This document shows, piece by piece, positions 51,254 through 64,000 of a stretch of DNA of 64,000 nt (the first letter of the stretch is position 1; every line of letters begins with the position of its first letter). Location: the NCBI GenBank assembly GCA_043228905.1, contig JBHGNT010000018.1, forward strand, positions 9,796,001 to 9,860,000, read 5' to 3'. Both the position numbers and the translations under genes were made by a program. The stretch comes from Azolla caroliniana. Its lineage: Eukaryota > Plantae > Polypodiophyta. The notes under the pieces were generated by a model that was not told the origin of the DNA, searched no databases, and was given only the letters and a program-made list of their open reading frames with translations.

Positions 51254-54200
51254 CCGCGTACTGTGTATATTCTAAGCTCTCCATTAAACTTGCGTTTCAG
51301 TGTTCGGTTTTCTATTGCTTCCGCGCGCTATTCTTTTAGATGGTATCAGAGCGTGAGGGTTGAGAACCTCTGCAGCCAACATAGCTTGAAAAGAAAACCA
51401 ACCAAGAAGATTAGGTAAAAACCGATGGATAGAGGCATGGCTAGCTCGCTTCCGATGGAGAAGCTCGACAGAAACAACTACGCATCTTGGTCCTACAAGA
51501 TGCACCAGTACCTACTTGGGCACGGTTACTTGAGCTATGTCGACGGAGCAAAGGACATAACACCTAAATCGACACATAGAGATTTCCAGTGTGGGAACAG
51601 TCGGCGAGCAGAGTACTATACTGCTTCGCGTCTTGTGTGGGCGAACAGCTCCTAAGCTACATTCGGGATGCAAAAACGCCAAAAGATTCTTGGGGAAATC
51701 TGAAGAAGATTTTCACCGCAAGCACTACAGCCGAGAAGCTTCAACTCTGACAGGAGCTGAGCAACCTACGACAAAAGTGACTTGTCGGTGGCAGACTACA
51801 CCTCCAAAATCAAGAACATTTACGACTCTTTGGCCTCCATCGATGTGAATATTGAAGAAGCCGATATGGTGCAAATCTGTCTCGGAGGTTTGGCGTCAAT
51901 GTTCGGAGCGTTCCGAACTACTGTGTGTACACGAGAGAATACGCCGTCATTTTTCGACTTACAGTCGATGCTCCTTGTGGAGGAGAACCACGCCGGTGTG
52001 TCAACAAGTGCACCCACCGACAATCGAATGCTGTACACGGACGCGGATCGGCCCCGTGGGCGTGCTGGACGAGGTGGGTCGGCTTGCAATGGTAGTAGCC
52101 AGCAAGAGCAGGACCGAAGGCAGAGAGAATGTGCCGACAAGAATTCCAGACCCTCCACAAGCAGGGGGAGTCAAGGCGGTGCTGGAAGCCGGCAAGCAAA
52201 GGCCGACCCGGAATGCTAGTACTATTGTAAAAAGGGCCACAGAGAAAGTGAGTGTTGGAAGAAGCGTGCCGATTCGGATAGATCCAGGTCCGACAAAGCT
52301 AGTAGAGAGAACCGACAATACTCGCACTACGCAAAAGGATCAGGAGGATCCAAAACCGGAAAAGTTGGTAAAGGGCCAGCCTTGGTGATGAAACACAAGG
52401 CTAACTCGATGAAGAAGTCCACTTCCGAATCGGAGGAAGTGTGGTACGTTGATTCCGGTGCGTTGAATCACATGACGAGCCACAAAGAGTGATTCTCTTT
52501 CTTGGAGAAACCGGAACAACCGGGAGTCGTCGAAACCGGAGATGACACTCCTCACCCAATCGTGCATATCAGAGAAGTCGCTTTGAGCCACATCAGACAG
52601 AGGGGGAAGTTGATGAACGTATTACACGTTCCGACTATCACAAAGAACCTGGTGTTAGTCGGTCAGATCATTGACCAGGGGATGCGGGTGCGGTTTACAC
52701 ACCTCGGGTGCTTCATCGAGGAATAGGGCCAAATCATTGCACAAGGGTGCAGAGACGGGAGGATGTTTATCCTCAACCCCAATGATGTCGGAACCGCTTT
52801 GTTCTCTAAAGGACAGAAGATTGAATCGGATATTGATCTTTGGCACAAGTGGATTGGTCACGTCAATTACTGGAGGCTTCAAGACTTGCAAATGAAACAA
52901 GTTGTTTTCAATTGCCGAAGTTTAGTGGTCGGAAGGCCCAAGTATGTGAAGCCTTCCAACTCGGGAAGCAACACCGGCTTCCATTCCCCACCGAACGAAA
53001 CCGGAGCCATTACAAGCTCGATCTAATCCATTCGGATGTATGGGGACTGGCACAAAATGTTAGTCTTGGTGGGAGTGGGTATTTCGTCTCCTTCATCGAC
53101 GACTACAACCGACACACATGGATCTACCTCATTGAGTGGAAGAACGAAGTCTTCGAGTGTTTCAGGAACCTGCAAAACCAGGTTGAACAGGAAACGAAGA
53201 GGAAGATCAAGTGCCTGCGGTTGGATGGCGGAAAAGAATATTTTTCCGACCAATTCAATAGTTATCTACAACAAAAAGGAATTCGGAGAGAGTTTAGCTG
53301 TAGATACATACCGGAGAAAAACGGTGTGACCAAAAGGAAGAACCGGTCGATTGTCGATGCGGCAAAGGCAATGCTAGAGGAGAAGACCATGCCCCATTTC
53401 TACTGGGCGGATGACCATCTATATCCGAAACCGGATCGGTGAAAAGGTGTTTGCACATGAGCTGTATTTCGGACGCAAGCCCAATTTGAGACACCTTCGG
53501 ATATTCGGTAGCATTGCATATGTGCATGTGCCGGATGAGAAGCGGAGGAAGTTGGATGCAAAGTCGGAGAAATGCATCCTGGTTGGCTACTCGCATGAGC
53601 AAAAGGGGTATAAGTGTTATAACCCCCGGATGAAACAGGTTCGAGTTAGTCGGGATGTTGAGTTTGATGAGTCAGCATCATGGTACTCCTTACCAGCTCC
53701 GACTTTCAACCCCGACCCGATACCAGAGGATGAGGCTAGTGAGCCTTAACCGGTCTAGCTAGAAGACGAAGGGTTCGAGACTCTAGATGAGAGTCCGGAA
53801 TCGTTTCGGTTGAGTGGTTGAGTCGAGATGACCAGTTGGATGAGGAACCGACGAGTAATGGAGATTCTGTCGTCCTCTCCCCGCGCAAGGAACCGAGGAG
53901 ATGGTTCACGCGCAAAGAGAAGGGGAAGAAGAAGATGCCGGAATACGAAACCGGCAACGTTGAGTTGGATCGGAGCGAATCCGACTCCGGAAAGGATGAA
54001 GGTGGATCTTCGAGAATGAAGTCTGACCTGGCCAAGAAGGGCCCCAAACCGGGTAATACCAAGGTACGCCGGTCTTCCCGCCAGAAGAACCCCGTGAAGC
54101 GGTACGGGTACAGTGAATACATGGCGCATCACTATGTGTACATGACCAAGGTGGTGGACGTACGTGAGCCGGAGAGCTATGCAGAAGTGGCAAAGAAATT

Positions 54201-55108
54201 GGTGTGCCGCTATGGAGGAAGAAATGCGGGCACTTGATGCTAATGATACATGGGACCTAGTTGACCCTCCTCGACACTGTAAACCGATTGGATGTAAGTG
54301 GCTGTTCAGTTAACCGATTGGAAGTACAATGCCGACAGTTCAGTTAACCGGTACAAGGCCCGGTTAGTGGCGAAGGGATACGCGTAGACCCACGGAATCG
54401 ACTACGATGAGACCTTCGCTTTCGTAGCGAAGATGACGATGGTTCGTGTGGTATTGGCGGTTGCTACGACAAGGGGATGGCATATTCACCAGATGGACAT
54501 GAAGAATGCATTTCTTCAAAGCGATCTTGAAGAAGAGGTCTTTATGACCCAACCCCTCGTTTTCTAGTCGGAGGTATGCTGGTTGAAGAAGTCCCTCTAT
54601 GGTTGGAAGGAAGCCCCTCGAGCTTGGAATGCAAAGATCACGCACCGGTTGCGTAAGATGGGGTTTGCGGCCTCCAAGTTCGACTCTTTGTTGTTCATCT
54701 GGCAAGGTCCGGACGGTTCGGTTTGCATATTGCTGTATGTTGATGATCTAGTCATCACCGGGCCTTGACTCGGTGAAATCGGCCGAGTCAAGTCCTAGCT
54801 GTCAGACGCATTTGAGATGGACCTAGGGGACCTTCACCATTTCCTTGGGATCGAGGTGATCTGAACCCCCGACGGCATATTGCTCTCACAAAGACACTAT
54901 GTGTTGAATATGTTGTACAAGTTCGGCATGACAGAATGCCAACCGATCTCCACACCCTTGGACCGGAAGCAGAAGCTCCATCCCGACTCCGGACCGGCAT
55001 ACGATGAGAAGCGGTTCCGACAAATCATTGGAAGCCTTATATATTTGACAATCACCCGACCCGACATCAGTTATCTAGTTGGGCTGATGAACCAATATAT
55101 GCAGAAGC
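50895..55108 (+). mobile_element. Ty1/Copia family A (5' LTR 50895-51340, PBS, gag, PR, INT, RT), decayed and interrupted at 55109
   Basis: PBS TGGTATCAGAGC at 51341. Gag MEKLDRNNYASWSYKM, protease WYVDSGALNHMT, INT FIDDYNR / LDGGKEY, RT LYVDDLVITG. Confidence 0.93.
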
Positions 55109-55588
55109 TGTTAAGAGTCTATTACTAATCAATAGACCAAATCAAGTAAAAAGGAAGAAAATAGATTGGATAGAAGAACCCGTTCCACCCGACCACCCCC
55201 GAGCTATGATCTAGACATAGCCAACCTACCACCGACGTCCCATACCGCCGGATATTAGGATGACTAATACCTTGGAAGAGATAAACACGATCGTCGAGAC
55301 GAAAGCCTAGCCTGCACCACCGGTGTCTACGACAGCAGCCTTCCGACGTGATTCTCCTATGAGGGTAGCTATGCCTCATATTTATACCTTTTCCTAGGCC
55401 CCTTGAATAGATGTGCCTTTCTAAAAGGCTCTCTATTCATTGGTTGTCTAAATCATGATAGTGCATGCACATATCATTCATTCTATCCAATCATTAGTCC
55501 CCTTTTTAATAATAGTGAACATACCCTTCACTAATGTAAATATTAGTGACCTACCCTCACCAACGTTATGTGTACATAACATACTCCC

Positions 55589-58500
55589 CTACTTCAAAAG
55601 ATTGCACTCTTGCAATATAAAGTGAGGAAATTGTGCCTTAAGCGAATGCTCGCGTTCCCATGTGGCATCATCAATAGGTTTATCCATCCATTTGATCTTG
55701 AATAGCCGAATCTCTTTAGAACGTAAACGTTTAGTACGAGAATCAAGAATTCGTTCAGGAACATGAGGTTTGTAAGAAAAATCCTCTAATGTTACAAGAT
55801 CTTGGATTGTGATGGTGTTATCACCAGAGCCTAAAAATGGTTTTAGACGACTGACGTGAAAAACAGGATGAATACCAACGTTACGAGGTAAGGCAAGGTG
55901 ATAAGCAGATGACCCAACTCGCTTAAGGATTTCAAATGGGCCACAATATCGTGGGGCTAACTTAGCGCACTTGCCCGTAGATAATGACGTAGAATCAGTC
56001 GGGACACGCAAAAAAACTTTTTGACCAATAGTAAATGCACGAGGACGTCTATCCTGATCAGCATAAAATCGAGCACGATCTTGAGCTGTCTTGACATTTT
56101 CTTTGGCAATATGCAACATTTGGTTCATGTCTTGCAAAAAATTGCGTGTACTGTCTAATGTATCACGATGAATCGTGACATCAACTGGGGCACGTGGCTG
56201 AAAACCATACATCAACATAAAAGGACTATATCCAGTGGATGTATGTTTAGAGCTATTATAGGCAAATTCTAAGATAGGAAGGTATTGCTCCCACTTAGAA
56301 GGGGTTTTTGCTACATAAGCTCGAAGCATGTCCTCAATAATTTGATTAACTCGTTCAGTTTGTCCATCAGACTGAGGATGATCTGCGGAACTCATGCTCA
56401 ACGTAGTTTCTAGTTTCTTAAAGACCTGAGTCCAAAAGTCACTAGTAAACTTGGAATCTCGATCACTAACAATATCCATCGGTAATCCATAAAAACGAAA
56501 TAACTCATCAACAAATTGATAAGCCAACTGTTGAGCGGTTACCGTGGTTTTTGTAGGAATAAATCTAGCTAATTTTGTTAGCCTGTCAACGATAACCCAT
56601 ATGGCATCATGACCCCTTTGTGTACGAGGTAAACTAACAATAAAATCCATCGAGATACTTTCCCATTTATTGTTGGGAATATCTAAGGGATGTAAAAGAC
56701 CAGCAGCTTTAAGTCGTTCCAACTTATTAATCTGACATTGTAAGCATTGAGTTACGTATTTATGCACGTCAGAGCGCATCTTAGGCCAGAAAAAAGTACA
56801 CGAGATGAGAACGAGTGTGCGTTGTATTCCAGGATGACCAGCAGATGGTGCATCATGACATTCATGAAAAATTTTCTGTTTAACATTTGGTAAATCTGGA
56901 ACACAGACCTTTCCACTACGGTAGAGCAAACCCTTTGTAATGTGAAAGGTCGCCTTCGAGGGTAGGGTGCTAGTATCGGCATCTAAACCAGATTCGGCTT
57001 TCGTCCAGTATTTTGAGAAATAACTGTCATCAAGGTATTTCCCTCGAAGGTGATCTAAAAGATCAGATTTTATTTCCGTGAAGCTAAGCATGTTAACTTC
57101 TTTAATGCGACTAAGAGCATCAGCAACGGTGTTCATAGAACCCTTGCGATATCGTATGGAAAAATCAAAATCTTGCATAAGGTCAGCCCAACGGCCTTTA
57201 CGACCAACAAGATCGGGCTGGTCACAAAAATACTTTAATGATTGATGGTCTGTTGTAACCACAAATTTATTTCCATAGAGATAGTGCCTCCATGTTTTAA
57301 GTGCGTGTATCACCGCAAACAACTCTTTCTCTTGAACCGAATACCGAGATTGAGCAGCATCAAGCTTCTTACTTTCAAAAGCGATAGGGTGACCACCTTG
57401 ATAAAGAACGGCACCAATAGCATAATCACTAGCATCGGTTTCAATTGAGAAAGGCTTAGAAGGGTCTGGTAATAGAAGAGTGGGAGCCTGACACACATGC
57501 TCCTTGAGTGTCTCCAATGATTTGTCAAGTTGTTCATTCCATGAAATTGGTTTGACAGACTTACGTGGATGACCTTTTAAAAGGTCAGTTAATGGCGTAG
57601 TCAATTTGGAATAGTTACGAATTGATTTTCGTAAAAATCCAACAAACCCTAAGAATGATCTAAGTTCACGAATATTACGAGGAATGGGCCAAAGTTTAAC
57701 CTTTTCAATACGAGAAGGTTCAATTTCAACGCCATTTTCTGTAATTAAATGACCTAGGTACACAATAGATTTTTGGAAGAAGTCACATTTTGAATGTTTT
57801 GCATAGAAAGAGTTGTCACGCAACTTTCGCAAAACAAATCGAACATGTTGAACATGATCTTGCAAGGTACGGCTATATATCAAAATATCATCCAAGAAGA
57901 CGACAACAAAATCACCGAGTTGATCTCGGAAAACATCATTCATCACTTGTTGGAATGTGGCTGGAGCATTAGTCAACCCAAACGGCATGACTAAAAACTC
58001 ATAATGGCCATAGCGCGTACGAAAAGCGGTTTTAGGAATATCATCCTCGGCGATGCGAATCTGATGATAACCAGTTCGTAAGTCAATTTTCGTAAAATAT
58101 CGAGCCCCGTGCAAACGATCAATCAAATCATCGGCACGAGGTAATGGATATGCATTCTTAATTGTCATTTTATTCAAACGGCGATAATTGATACACATTC
58201 GCCACGAACCTTCCTTCTTCTTGACTAATAGAACTGGCGCACCCCAAGGTGATTTACTATACCTAATGTGGCCCATACTCAAGTATTCCTTAAGTTGTTT
58301 AGCGATCTCATCCTCTTCTAATCGACTAAGTCGGTAAGGTGGAATGCTCACAGGAGCAGCCCCAGGGATGAGTTCAATTTGATGGTCCACATTACGTTTA
58401 GGTGGTAAACTAAGCGGTAATTCAGTAGGAAACACATCTTGAAAATCCTCTAAAATAGAGTCGAGTAATCGTTGCTCAAAATGTGGTAATTGTGTGGCGT

Positions 58501-59992
58501 CAATATTAAAATAATAAAATTGAACTGCAGGATCAATTACACACGAATAAATTAATGAACTAGAATACTCACTTAAAGATTTAGAAGACACAAGTGAATG
58601 AGAAGGAAGTTTGGAACATTGAATAAAATGTTTACAATTATTAAGTTCAAATGTGATTGAGTGATTAACCCAATCAATGGACAAAGAAGGGTTTTTATTA
58701 AAAAACCAAGGATATCCTAAAATGACATCTGCGGATTGTAATTTCATAACATGAAAGTCAAGCTTCTCCAAATAAGTATCTATTTGAATTGGCAGTTGAC
58801 AAACAATGCCACTGATGTATTGAACGTTTCCATTTGCCATGTGAACTTGATAGATATGATCACTTGCGTTTATGTGGAGCTCCATTTGCTGCACAAAGTG
58901 ATCATTAAGAAAATTGTGAGAACTACCGGAATCAAACAAGAAATGTGCTTGTGTTCCATTGATATATCCGACTGCTCGGAGTAAATCATTAGGTCTAAGT
59001 AAATGTGAAGGAAAAGTGCATTCACATAAACTTAAGTGATTGGTATGAACTTCAACAATATCAAAAGACTCACCTGTGTGACTCGTAGATTTGTCTTGAG
59101 GAGGGGTGTTCATTGACTTCCTCTCAAGACGACGACAGGTATCCTTTGTGTGGCCCCGCTTCTTGCAATATGCACACAAGAGGTTCGGTTTCTTTGAGTC
59201 GCGGTCAAGAGTGTCACTGGATTGCTTACGTTTCCCAATGAACTTGACATTCGGAGTTTTGGCGAACTCAGGTTTATTGTGGTCTTTCTTGGAAGTCCTA
59301 TGGTATCGCAGCACAATGTTGACGGCTTCCTCGAAAGTTGTGGGGTCCTTGTCATGGACAATCCAATGATAATCCCCATTGGGAATACCATTCAAAAAAC
59401 AAGCGACAAACCATTTCTCACCCATAAGTCCCGATTTTTGGATCTGGGTCCGTGCGTGATGCACATAATCCTCGAGAGAGGTAAATGGCTTACTAGACAA
59501 TGTGAGCAAGTGTTGCGCTTGTTCGGTTTGAGAAGGTGGCTGCAAGAATTGTTTCTTAAAAACATCAACGAAACCTTCCCAAGTTGTGGGTAAGTTTTTT
59601 GCGGTCCTTAGGCCACGCCACCAAGCAGCAGCTCGGCCACCTAACTCACGACCGACATAACCAATTTTTACTGCATCGGGCTTGGGATGAAGCTCAAAGT
59701 GAGACTCCCAACGACCAAGCCAAGTGCTAATGGCCTCCTCGGTTCTTTCTTTCTTATCTCCCTTGAAAGGCGTGACTACGAAGGAAGGTTCACCTTCTTT
59801 CTTGGACTCAATAGTTAATTCTTGGAATTTCTTTTCCAATGCCATATTGGCCTGTCTCATTTCGGCCAATTGATTCAAGGTAGTAGTGAGCAATTGCTCA
59901 ATAGTGATCTCAGCTTGTGTGCGAGATGCGGATTGGGGTTGAGAGGTCTCATTTGGAGAGATCGTTCCAACTGCGTTCAAAACTTGTTCCAT
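55589..59992 (-). CDS. Gypsy gag-pol polyprotein (gag, PR, RT, RNase H, INT, chromodomain), 1467 aa, uninterrupted
   Basis: [14 protein letters not shown] knuckle, [10 protein letters not shown] protease, [10 protein letters not shown] / [16 protein letters not shown] RNase H, HHCC and SDRD...QSDGQTER integrase, GPF motif, PERILD...KWM...ATWE chromodomain. Confidence 0.97.
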   Translation of the reverse strand: MEQVLNAVGTISPNETSQPQSASRTQAEITIEQLLTTTLNQLAEMRQANMALEKKFQELTIESKKEGEPSFVVTPFKGDKKERTEEAISTWLGRWESHFELHPKPDAVKIGYVGRELGGRAAAWWRGLRTAKNLPTTWEGFVDVFKKQFLQPPSQTEQAQHLLTLSSKPFTSLEDYVHHARTQIQKSGLMGEKWFVACFLNGIPNGDYHWIVHDKDPTTFEEAVNIVLRYHRTSKKDHNKPEFAKTPNVKFIGKRKQSSDTLDRDSKKPNLLCAYCKKRGHTKDTCRRLERKSMNTPPQDKSTSHTGESFDIVEVHTNHLSLCECTFPSHLLRPNDLLRAVGYINGTQAHFLFDSGSSHNFLNDHFVQQMELHINASDHIYQVHMANGNVQYISGIVCQLPIQIDTYLEKLDFHVMKLQSADVILGYPWFFNKNPSLSIDWVNHSITFELNNCKHFIQCSKLPSHSLVSSKSLSEYSSSLIYSCVIDPAVQFYYFNIDATQLPHFEQRLLDSILEDFQDVFPTELPLSLPPKRNVDHQIELIPGAAPVSIPPYRLSRLEEDEIAKQLKEYLSMGHIRYSKSPWGAPVLLVKKKEGSWRMCINYRRLNKMTIKNAYPLPRADDLIDRLHGARYFTKIDLRTGYHQIRIAEDDIPKTAFRTRYGHYEFLVMPFGLTNAPATFQQVMNDVFRDQLGDFVVVFLDDILIYSRTLQDHVQHVRFVLRKLRDNSFYAKHSKCDFFQKSIVYLGHLITENGVEIEPSRIEKVKLWPIPRNIRELRSFLGFVGFLRKSIRNYSKLTTPLTDLLKGHPRKSVKPISWNEQLDKSLETLKEHVCQAPTLLLPDPSKPFSIETDASDYAIGAVLYQGGHPIAFESKKLDAAQSRYSVQEKELFAVIHALKTWRHYLYGNKFVVTTDHQSLKYFCDQPDLVGRKGRWADLMQDFDFSIRYRKGSMNTVADALSRIKEVNMLSFTEIKSDLLDHLRGKYLDDSYFSKYWTKAESGLDADTSTLPSKATFHITKGLLYRSGKVCVPDLPNVKQKIFHECHDAPSAGHPGIQRTLVLISCTFFWPKMRSDVHKYVTQCLQCQINKLERLKAAGLLHPLDIPNNKWESISMDFIVSLPRTQRGHDAIWVIVDRLTKLARFIPTKTTVTAQQLAYQFVDELFRFYGLPMDIVSDRDSKFTSDFWTQVFKKLETTLSMSSADHPQSDGQTERVNQIIEDMLRAYVAKTPSKWEQYLPILEFAYNSSKHTSTGYSPFMLMYGFQPRAPVDVTIHRDTLDSTRNFLQDMNQMLHIAKENVKTAQDRARFYADQDRRPRAFTIGQKVFLRVPTDSTSLSTGKCAKLAPRYCGPFEILKRVGSSAYHLALPRNVGIHPVFHVSRLKPFLGSGDNTITIQDLVTLEDFSYKPHVPERILDSRTKRLRSKEIRLFKIKWMDKPIDDATWEREHSLKAQFPHFILQECNLLK

Positions 59993-60990
59993 GATGCACG
60001 CTGTGGGTATGCAATAAAATAAGGAGGTTCAGAAAATACACAAGCAAAATGAATGCTTGAAATTTTGATTGAAAGAACTTTATCCAAGAAAGTATCTCAT
60101 GTCTTTATCCCTCTAGACATATGAGATGTGATTCGAGATCCGATAACTATGGTAACACTATGGTGTTTTAAAAACCATGGGGGAAAACATAGCTAAGATG
60201 TATTTCTCGGATCTCTATCTTGAGTAATCATGGCGGCTCCCTGAGGCTCAACCATGGTTCTTACATCAATGAAATTTCCTAGATAGCCTTATATTAATGC
60301 CAACCCATCATGTATTATATGGTCGAGAAAGTGTATTACGTGAAAAAACAAGTGCACTCACAAGTAATATTCTAGTCTTGCGAGCAATAAGCAAACGTGA
60401 TGATAAAATGATAAAATAAGGCACTACTCATAAGAGTTAAGTAGTGACGAAAACAAGGGTAAAAAAAAAAAAAAAAGAACCCATGTGTTACCTACGAAAA
60501 AAACAATGTCACAAATAAATGGGAAGTGCAAGGTATGCACATATACATCCCAATATGATTGTTATAACTTGCACAATTGTGACATAAGCCACAAATTGAT
60601 ACAAGTGATGACGGTGTTGTGCGCAAAGATGTAATACTCAAATCCATGAGTAAAACATCAATAAGGGAACTCATATGGTTTTACTCGTTTTCTAAGGCTT
60701 GATGATAAGAGTTAAACCTAAATGACCCGTTGAAAAAAAATCGTTCAACAAGCCACTCCATACGAAAAAATAGTCTACACGTAAAGGTTACATTAAAATA
60801 AACGATGTAAATACTTTATACATGAAAAGGAAGTGGAAAAAGGAGAGTTAATTGTGGGCGGGTAAATAATAATTACTAGAAAATCATATAAGTGAAACAC
60901 TACTTATGAAATTAAAATTTAATTAGAATAATCAACAATTAGGTGTATGGAATCAAACATGCCCTAAGATACGAAACCCTAGGGTAGTTG

Positions 60991-61510
60991 ACATGCACCT
61001 CCTCAAGACCACCACATATCCCTAGAATCGGCCAAGTAATGGCTAATTAAAGAGGAAAGTGGCATAGGTAAGTGACATATACCTCGTCAAGGCCACATCA
61101 TCCCTTAGAATCGGCCAATTGATGGCTAATTAAAAAGGAAAGTGGCATATGTAAGCTACATATACCTTGTCAAGGCCACAACATCCCATAGAATCGGCCA
61201 ATTGATGGCTTAATAGAGAGTAGAGTGGCATAGGTAGGCAACATACACCTCGTCAAGGCCACATCATCCCTTAGAATCGGCCAAGTGATGGCTCAATAGA
61301 GGGGAAGAGTGGTATACTCAACATCATATGCAAAACGGCCATGAGATAAGCGTGTGCGATTAGAGCAAACACGCTCGACCCAATGCACAAGAATAATTAT
61401 TATCGTAAGAGTTCAAGAGAGGAGAGAGTGGGATATATATCGCAATATGCAAAAGGCCATGAGTTGAGCCTGTGCGATTAGTGCAAACACGCTCGGCCCG
61501 ATGCATAATA
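60991..61510. repeat. Tandem repeats in the chromovirus 5' leader (four units of about 83 bp, then two of about 118 bp)
   Basis: ACAT..ACCTCGTCAAGGCCAC...AGAATCGGCCAA recurs at 60991, 61075, 61158 and 61241. ATATGCAAAA.GGCCATGAG...AAACACGCTCG recurs near 61327 and 61445. Confidence 0.88.
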
Positions 61511-61876
61511 ATAAGTAAAATCGTAGCGTAGTAGGAGGTAGAAAGAAAGAGAATAAAACGTAATACCAATTTGATTCGACCATAAAGAACGCATAATAGA
61601 AAAAGAGAAGAGATCAAAAAAGAAGAATACCGGGTTTAGAGTGTTGTTTTGATCCTGAGAAGAGCATGACGAGCCTTGTTAGATCCCCCTCGCTCACACG
61701 CAAAAAACATCAAAACAACAAAAAAATTGTTAGTAAAAGCTCTGATACCACTGTTAAGAGTCTATTACTAATCAATAGACCAAATCAAGTAAAAAGGAAG
61801 AAAATAGATTGGATATAAGAACCCGTTCCACCCGACCACCCCCGAGCTATGATCTAGACATAGCCAACCTACCACC

Positions 61877-62144
61877 TGTTGAACACAGTGCTCGGCCACA
61901 ACCGAGGAATAGGATCAACTCACAGAAAACGGGAAATACAAAGTGCACGAGGACAATAGAGAGAGAAAGGTACACTGGATATTTTACGTGGAAAACCCTA
62001 AATGGGAAAAAACCACGGGAGTCCTCAATCTCCAACTATCACTATGAACAGGGATGTACACTGGTGAAGCTACAAGGCAACAACCTTGAGCTCACTGTCT
62101 TCGCCACAGGCGGCGGTAATACACAGAGAGACAACGACCTCTTC

Positions 62145-62177
<33 letters not shown>

Positions 62178-64000
62178 CTGCTCTCACTTCGCATAAAAAT
62201 GAGCAACAACAACAAATTGTTTGCCCTATGTCATATTTATACACATATGACTTTCGGGCTATTTACAAATATAGCCTCAAGGGCTCTTGGCAAACATATT
62301 CACAAATATGTCCCCGCATCCGGATCTCTCTCCGGGTACATTCGTCATCCGGCTCCGTAACCGGGGTCTTCATCATCCGGATCCGTATCCGGGTACTCTT
62401 CATCCGGCTTCATGCCGGGTACTCTTCATCATCCGGTTCCGTAACCGCAACCGGGCTTGCCGTCATTCATCTCCGGACATCCCATCCGGAGGGACCGAAA
62501 TCCCAACAAACTCCCCCTTCACTTCGGCATGGGATGTCTCTCCAATCCGACTCTCTTCCGGCACGCTCCCAGCTTGTCGGGTGTGAGCACTTTGGTCAGC
62601 ATATCTGACCCGTTCTCTTCCGTGTGGATCTTCGTCAGCACGAACTCCTGGTCTTCTATCCTTTCCCGGATCCAGTGATATCTTCGCTGGATGTGCTTCG
62701 TCCGGGAGTGATAGGCCGCGTTCTTCGCAAGGTGGATGGCACTCTGACTGTCGCAGTAGAGTCGGTACTCCTCTTGCCGGATACCGAGCTCTCTAATGAA
62801 GTCCTTCATCCATATTATTTCCTTGCCGGCTTCAACAGCCGCCATGTACTCCGCCTCCGTGGTTGACAACGCAACCGTCTTCTGCAGCCTCGACTGCCAC
62901 GAAACAGCTCCCCCTGCATACGTCATCACATACCCTGATGTGGACCGGCTGGTATCTGCATCAGCCGACATATCAGAATCAGTAAAGCCGTCGAGTTCGG
63001 GCTTACCGGAGCCGAATCGGAGGCACACGTTTGCCGTGCCCTTCAGGTATCGGAGTATCCACTTGACCGCGTTCCAGTGCTCTTTGCCGGGATTGCTCAT
63101 GTATCGGCTCACCACTCCAACTGCATATCCTATGTCCGGTCTTGTACACACCATTGCGTACATCAAGCTTCCAACGGCAGAGGCATATGGTACTTTCATC
63201 ATGTCCTCCTTCTCAGCCTTTGTCTTGGGGCTTTGCTTGCTGGACAACTTGCAGTTTGCCGGGAGGGTTGACCCGACCGGTCTTGCTTCCGACATGTTGA
63301 ACCGGTGAAGCACCTTTGTCACGTACTTCTCCTGTGACAGCCACAACTGCTTCTTCTTCCGGTCCCGGATGATGTGCATCCCTAGTATTTGCCTCGCCGG
63401 ACCCAGGTCCTTCATTGAGAAGGTTTGGTGAAGCGCTTTCTTCAGCGTCCGTATCTTGACCTGGTCCCGTCCGACGATCAACATGTCGTCCACGTATAGG
63501 AGGAGTATTAGAGAGTCTCCTCCTTCGAACTTCTTCACAAACACGCAGTGATCGGACTGCGTTTTGTGGTACCCTTCGTCGGTCATGAAGGAGTCAAACT
63601 TCCGGTACCATTGTCGGGGAGCCTGCTTCAGTCCGTAAAGGCTCTTCTTCAACCGGCATACCAGGTGCTCCTTCCCTTCTTTCTCGAATCCTTCCGGTTG
63701 CTGCATGTAGATCTCTTCTTCGAGGTCACCGTGAAGGAATGCCGTCTTCACGTCCATCTGTTCTACCTCGAGATCCATGCTTGCCGCTATGCTCAGCACC
63801 GTCCGGATGGAGGTCATCTTCACTACCGGGGCAAATATCTCGTCGAAATCGACGCCCTTCTTCTGCTGGAACCCCTTCACCACGATCCTGGCTTTGTATC
63901 TCGGGGGTTTTCCGGCATCTCCCGGTTTCAGCTTGAACACCCACTTGTTCCGAAGTGCCCGCTTTCCTTTCGGCAACTCCACAAGTTCATATGTGTGGTT
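61877..64000 (-). mobile_element. Young Ty1/Copia family B (Tnt1/Tork-like) 3' half; 3' LTR 61877-62508
   Basis: TG...CA LTR with (AG)n and PPT GAAGGGGGAG. Inserted into the chromovirus 5' LTR after CCACC. Confidence 0.95.
62519..64000 (-). CDS. Copia pol RT-RNase H, open to the window edge
   Basis: QMDVKTAFLHG, LYGLKQAPRQW, LYVDDMLI, FTDSD, STTEAEY and YCDSQSAI with no stops. Confidence 0.93.
   Translation of the reverse strand, partial: NHTYELVELPKGKRALRNKWVFKLKPGDAGKPPRYKARIVVKGFQQKKGVDFDEIFAPVVKMTSIRTVLSIAASMDLEVEQMDVKTAFLHGDLEEEIYMQQPEGFEKEGKEHLVCRLKKSLYGLKQAPRQWYRKFDSFMTDEGYHKTQSDHCVFVKKFEGGDSLILLLYVDDMLIVGRDQVKIRTLKKALHQTFSMKDLGPARQILGMHIIRDRKKKQLWLSQEKYVTKVLHRFNMSEARPVGSTLPANCKLSSKQSPKTKAEKEDMMKVPYASAVGSLMYAMVCTRPDIGYAVGVVSRYMSNPGKEHWNAVKWILRYLKGTANVCLRFGSGKPELDGFTDSDMSADADTSRSTSGYVMTYAGGAVSWQSRLQKTVALSTTEAEYMAAVEAGKEIIWMKDFIRELGIRQEEYRLYCDSQSAIHLAKNAAYHSRTKHIQRRYHWIRERIEDQEFVLTKIHTEENGSDMLTKVLTPDKLGACRKRVGLERHPMPK

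Larger units (their letters stand above)
55109..61876 (-). mobile_element. Young chromovirus (Gypsy) with intact ORF; 5' LTR interrupted by a Copia
   Basis: 3' LTR 55109-55581, PPT TAGGGGAGTA, iMet PBS 61739-61750. The 5' LTR portion 61752-61876 differs from the 3' LTR at one position I can see in 125 bp. Confidence 0.95.

Overview
Plant nuclear DNA, probably a non-seed land plant such as a fern or lycophyte (inferred from the TE lineages). One intact host gene is present: a 17-exon ZIF1/ZIFL-family MFS transporter on the minus strand (7160-13308, 500 aa). Most of the rest is nested LTR retrotransposons: two recurring Copia families, tRNA-Trp-primed non-chromovirus Gypsy elements, a self-priming Tcn1-like chromovirus, and a young chromovirus with an intact 1467-aa gag-pol ORF, plus a LINE fragment. 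Five observations stand out. (1) A 120-bp loopless palindromic TG...CA mini-element with a 5-bp TSD, and a 34-bp relative with its own 5-bp TSD. (2) Antisense tRNA-type Pol III A/B boxes inside the LTRs of unrelated Gypsy families. (3) A conserved -1 frameshift site plus H-type pseudoknot placed after the protease in two Gypsy families. (4) A non-coding LTR element whose self-priming signal co-varies with that of the Tcn1-like element. (5) A probable 1.6-kb intron in a retrotransposon 5' leader. All coordinates were read by eye; lineage names are inferences, not database hits.
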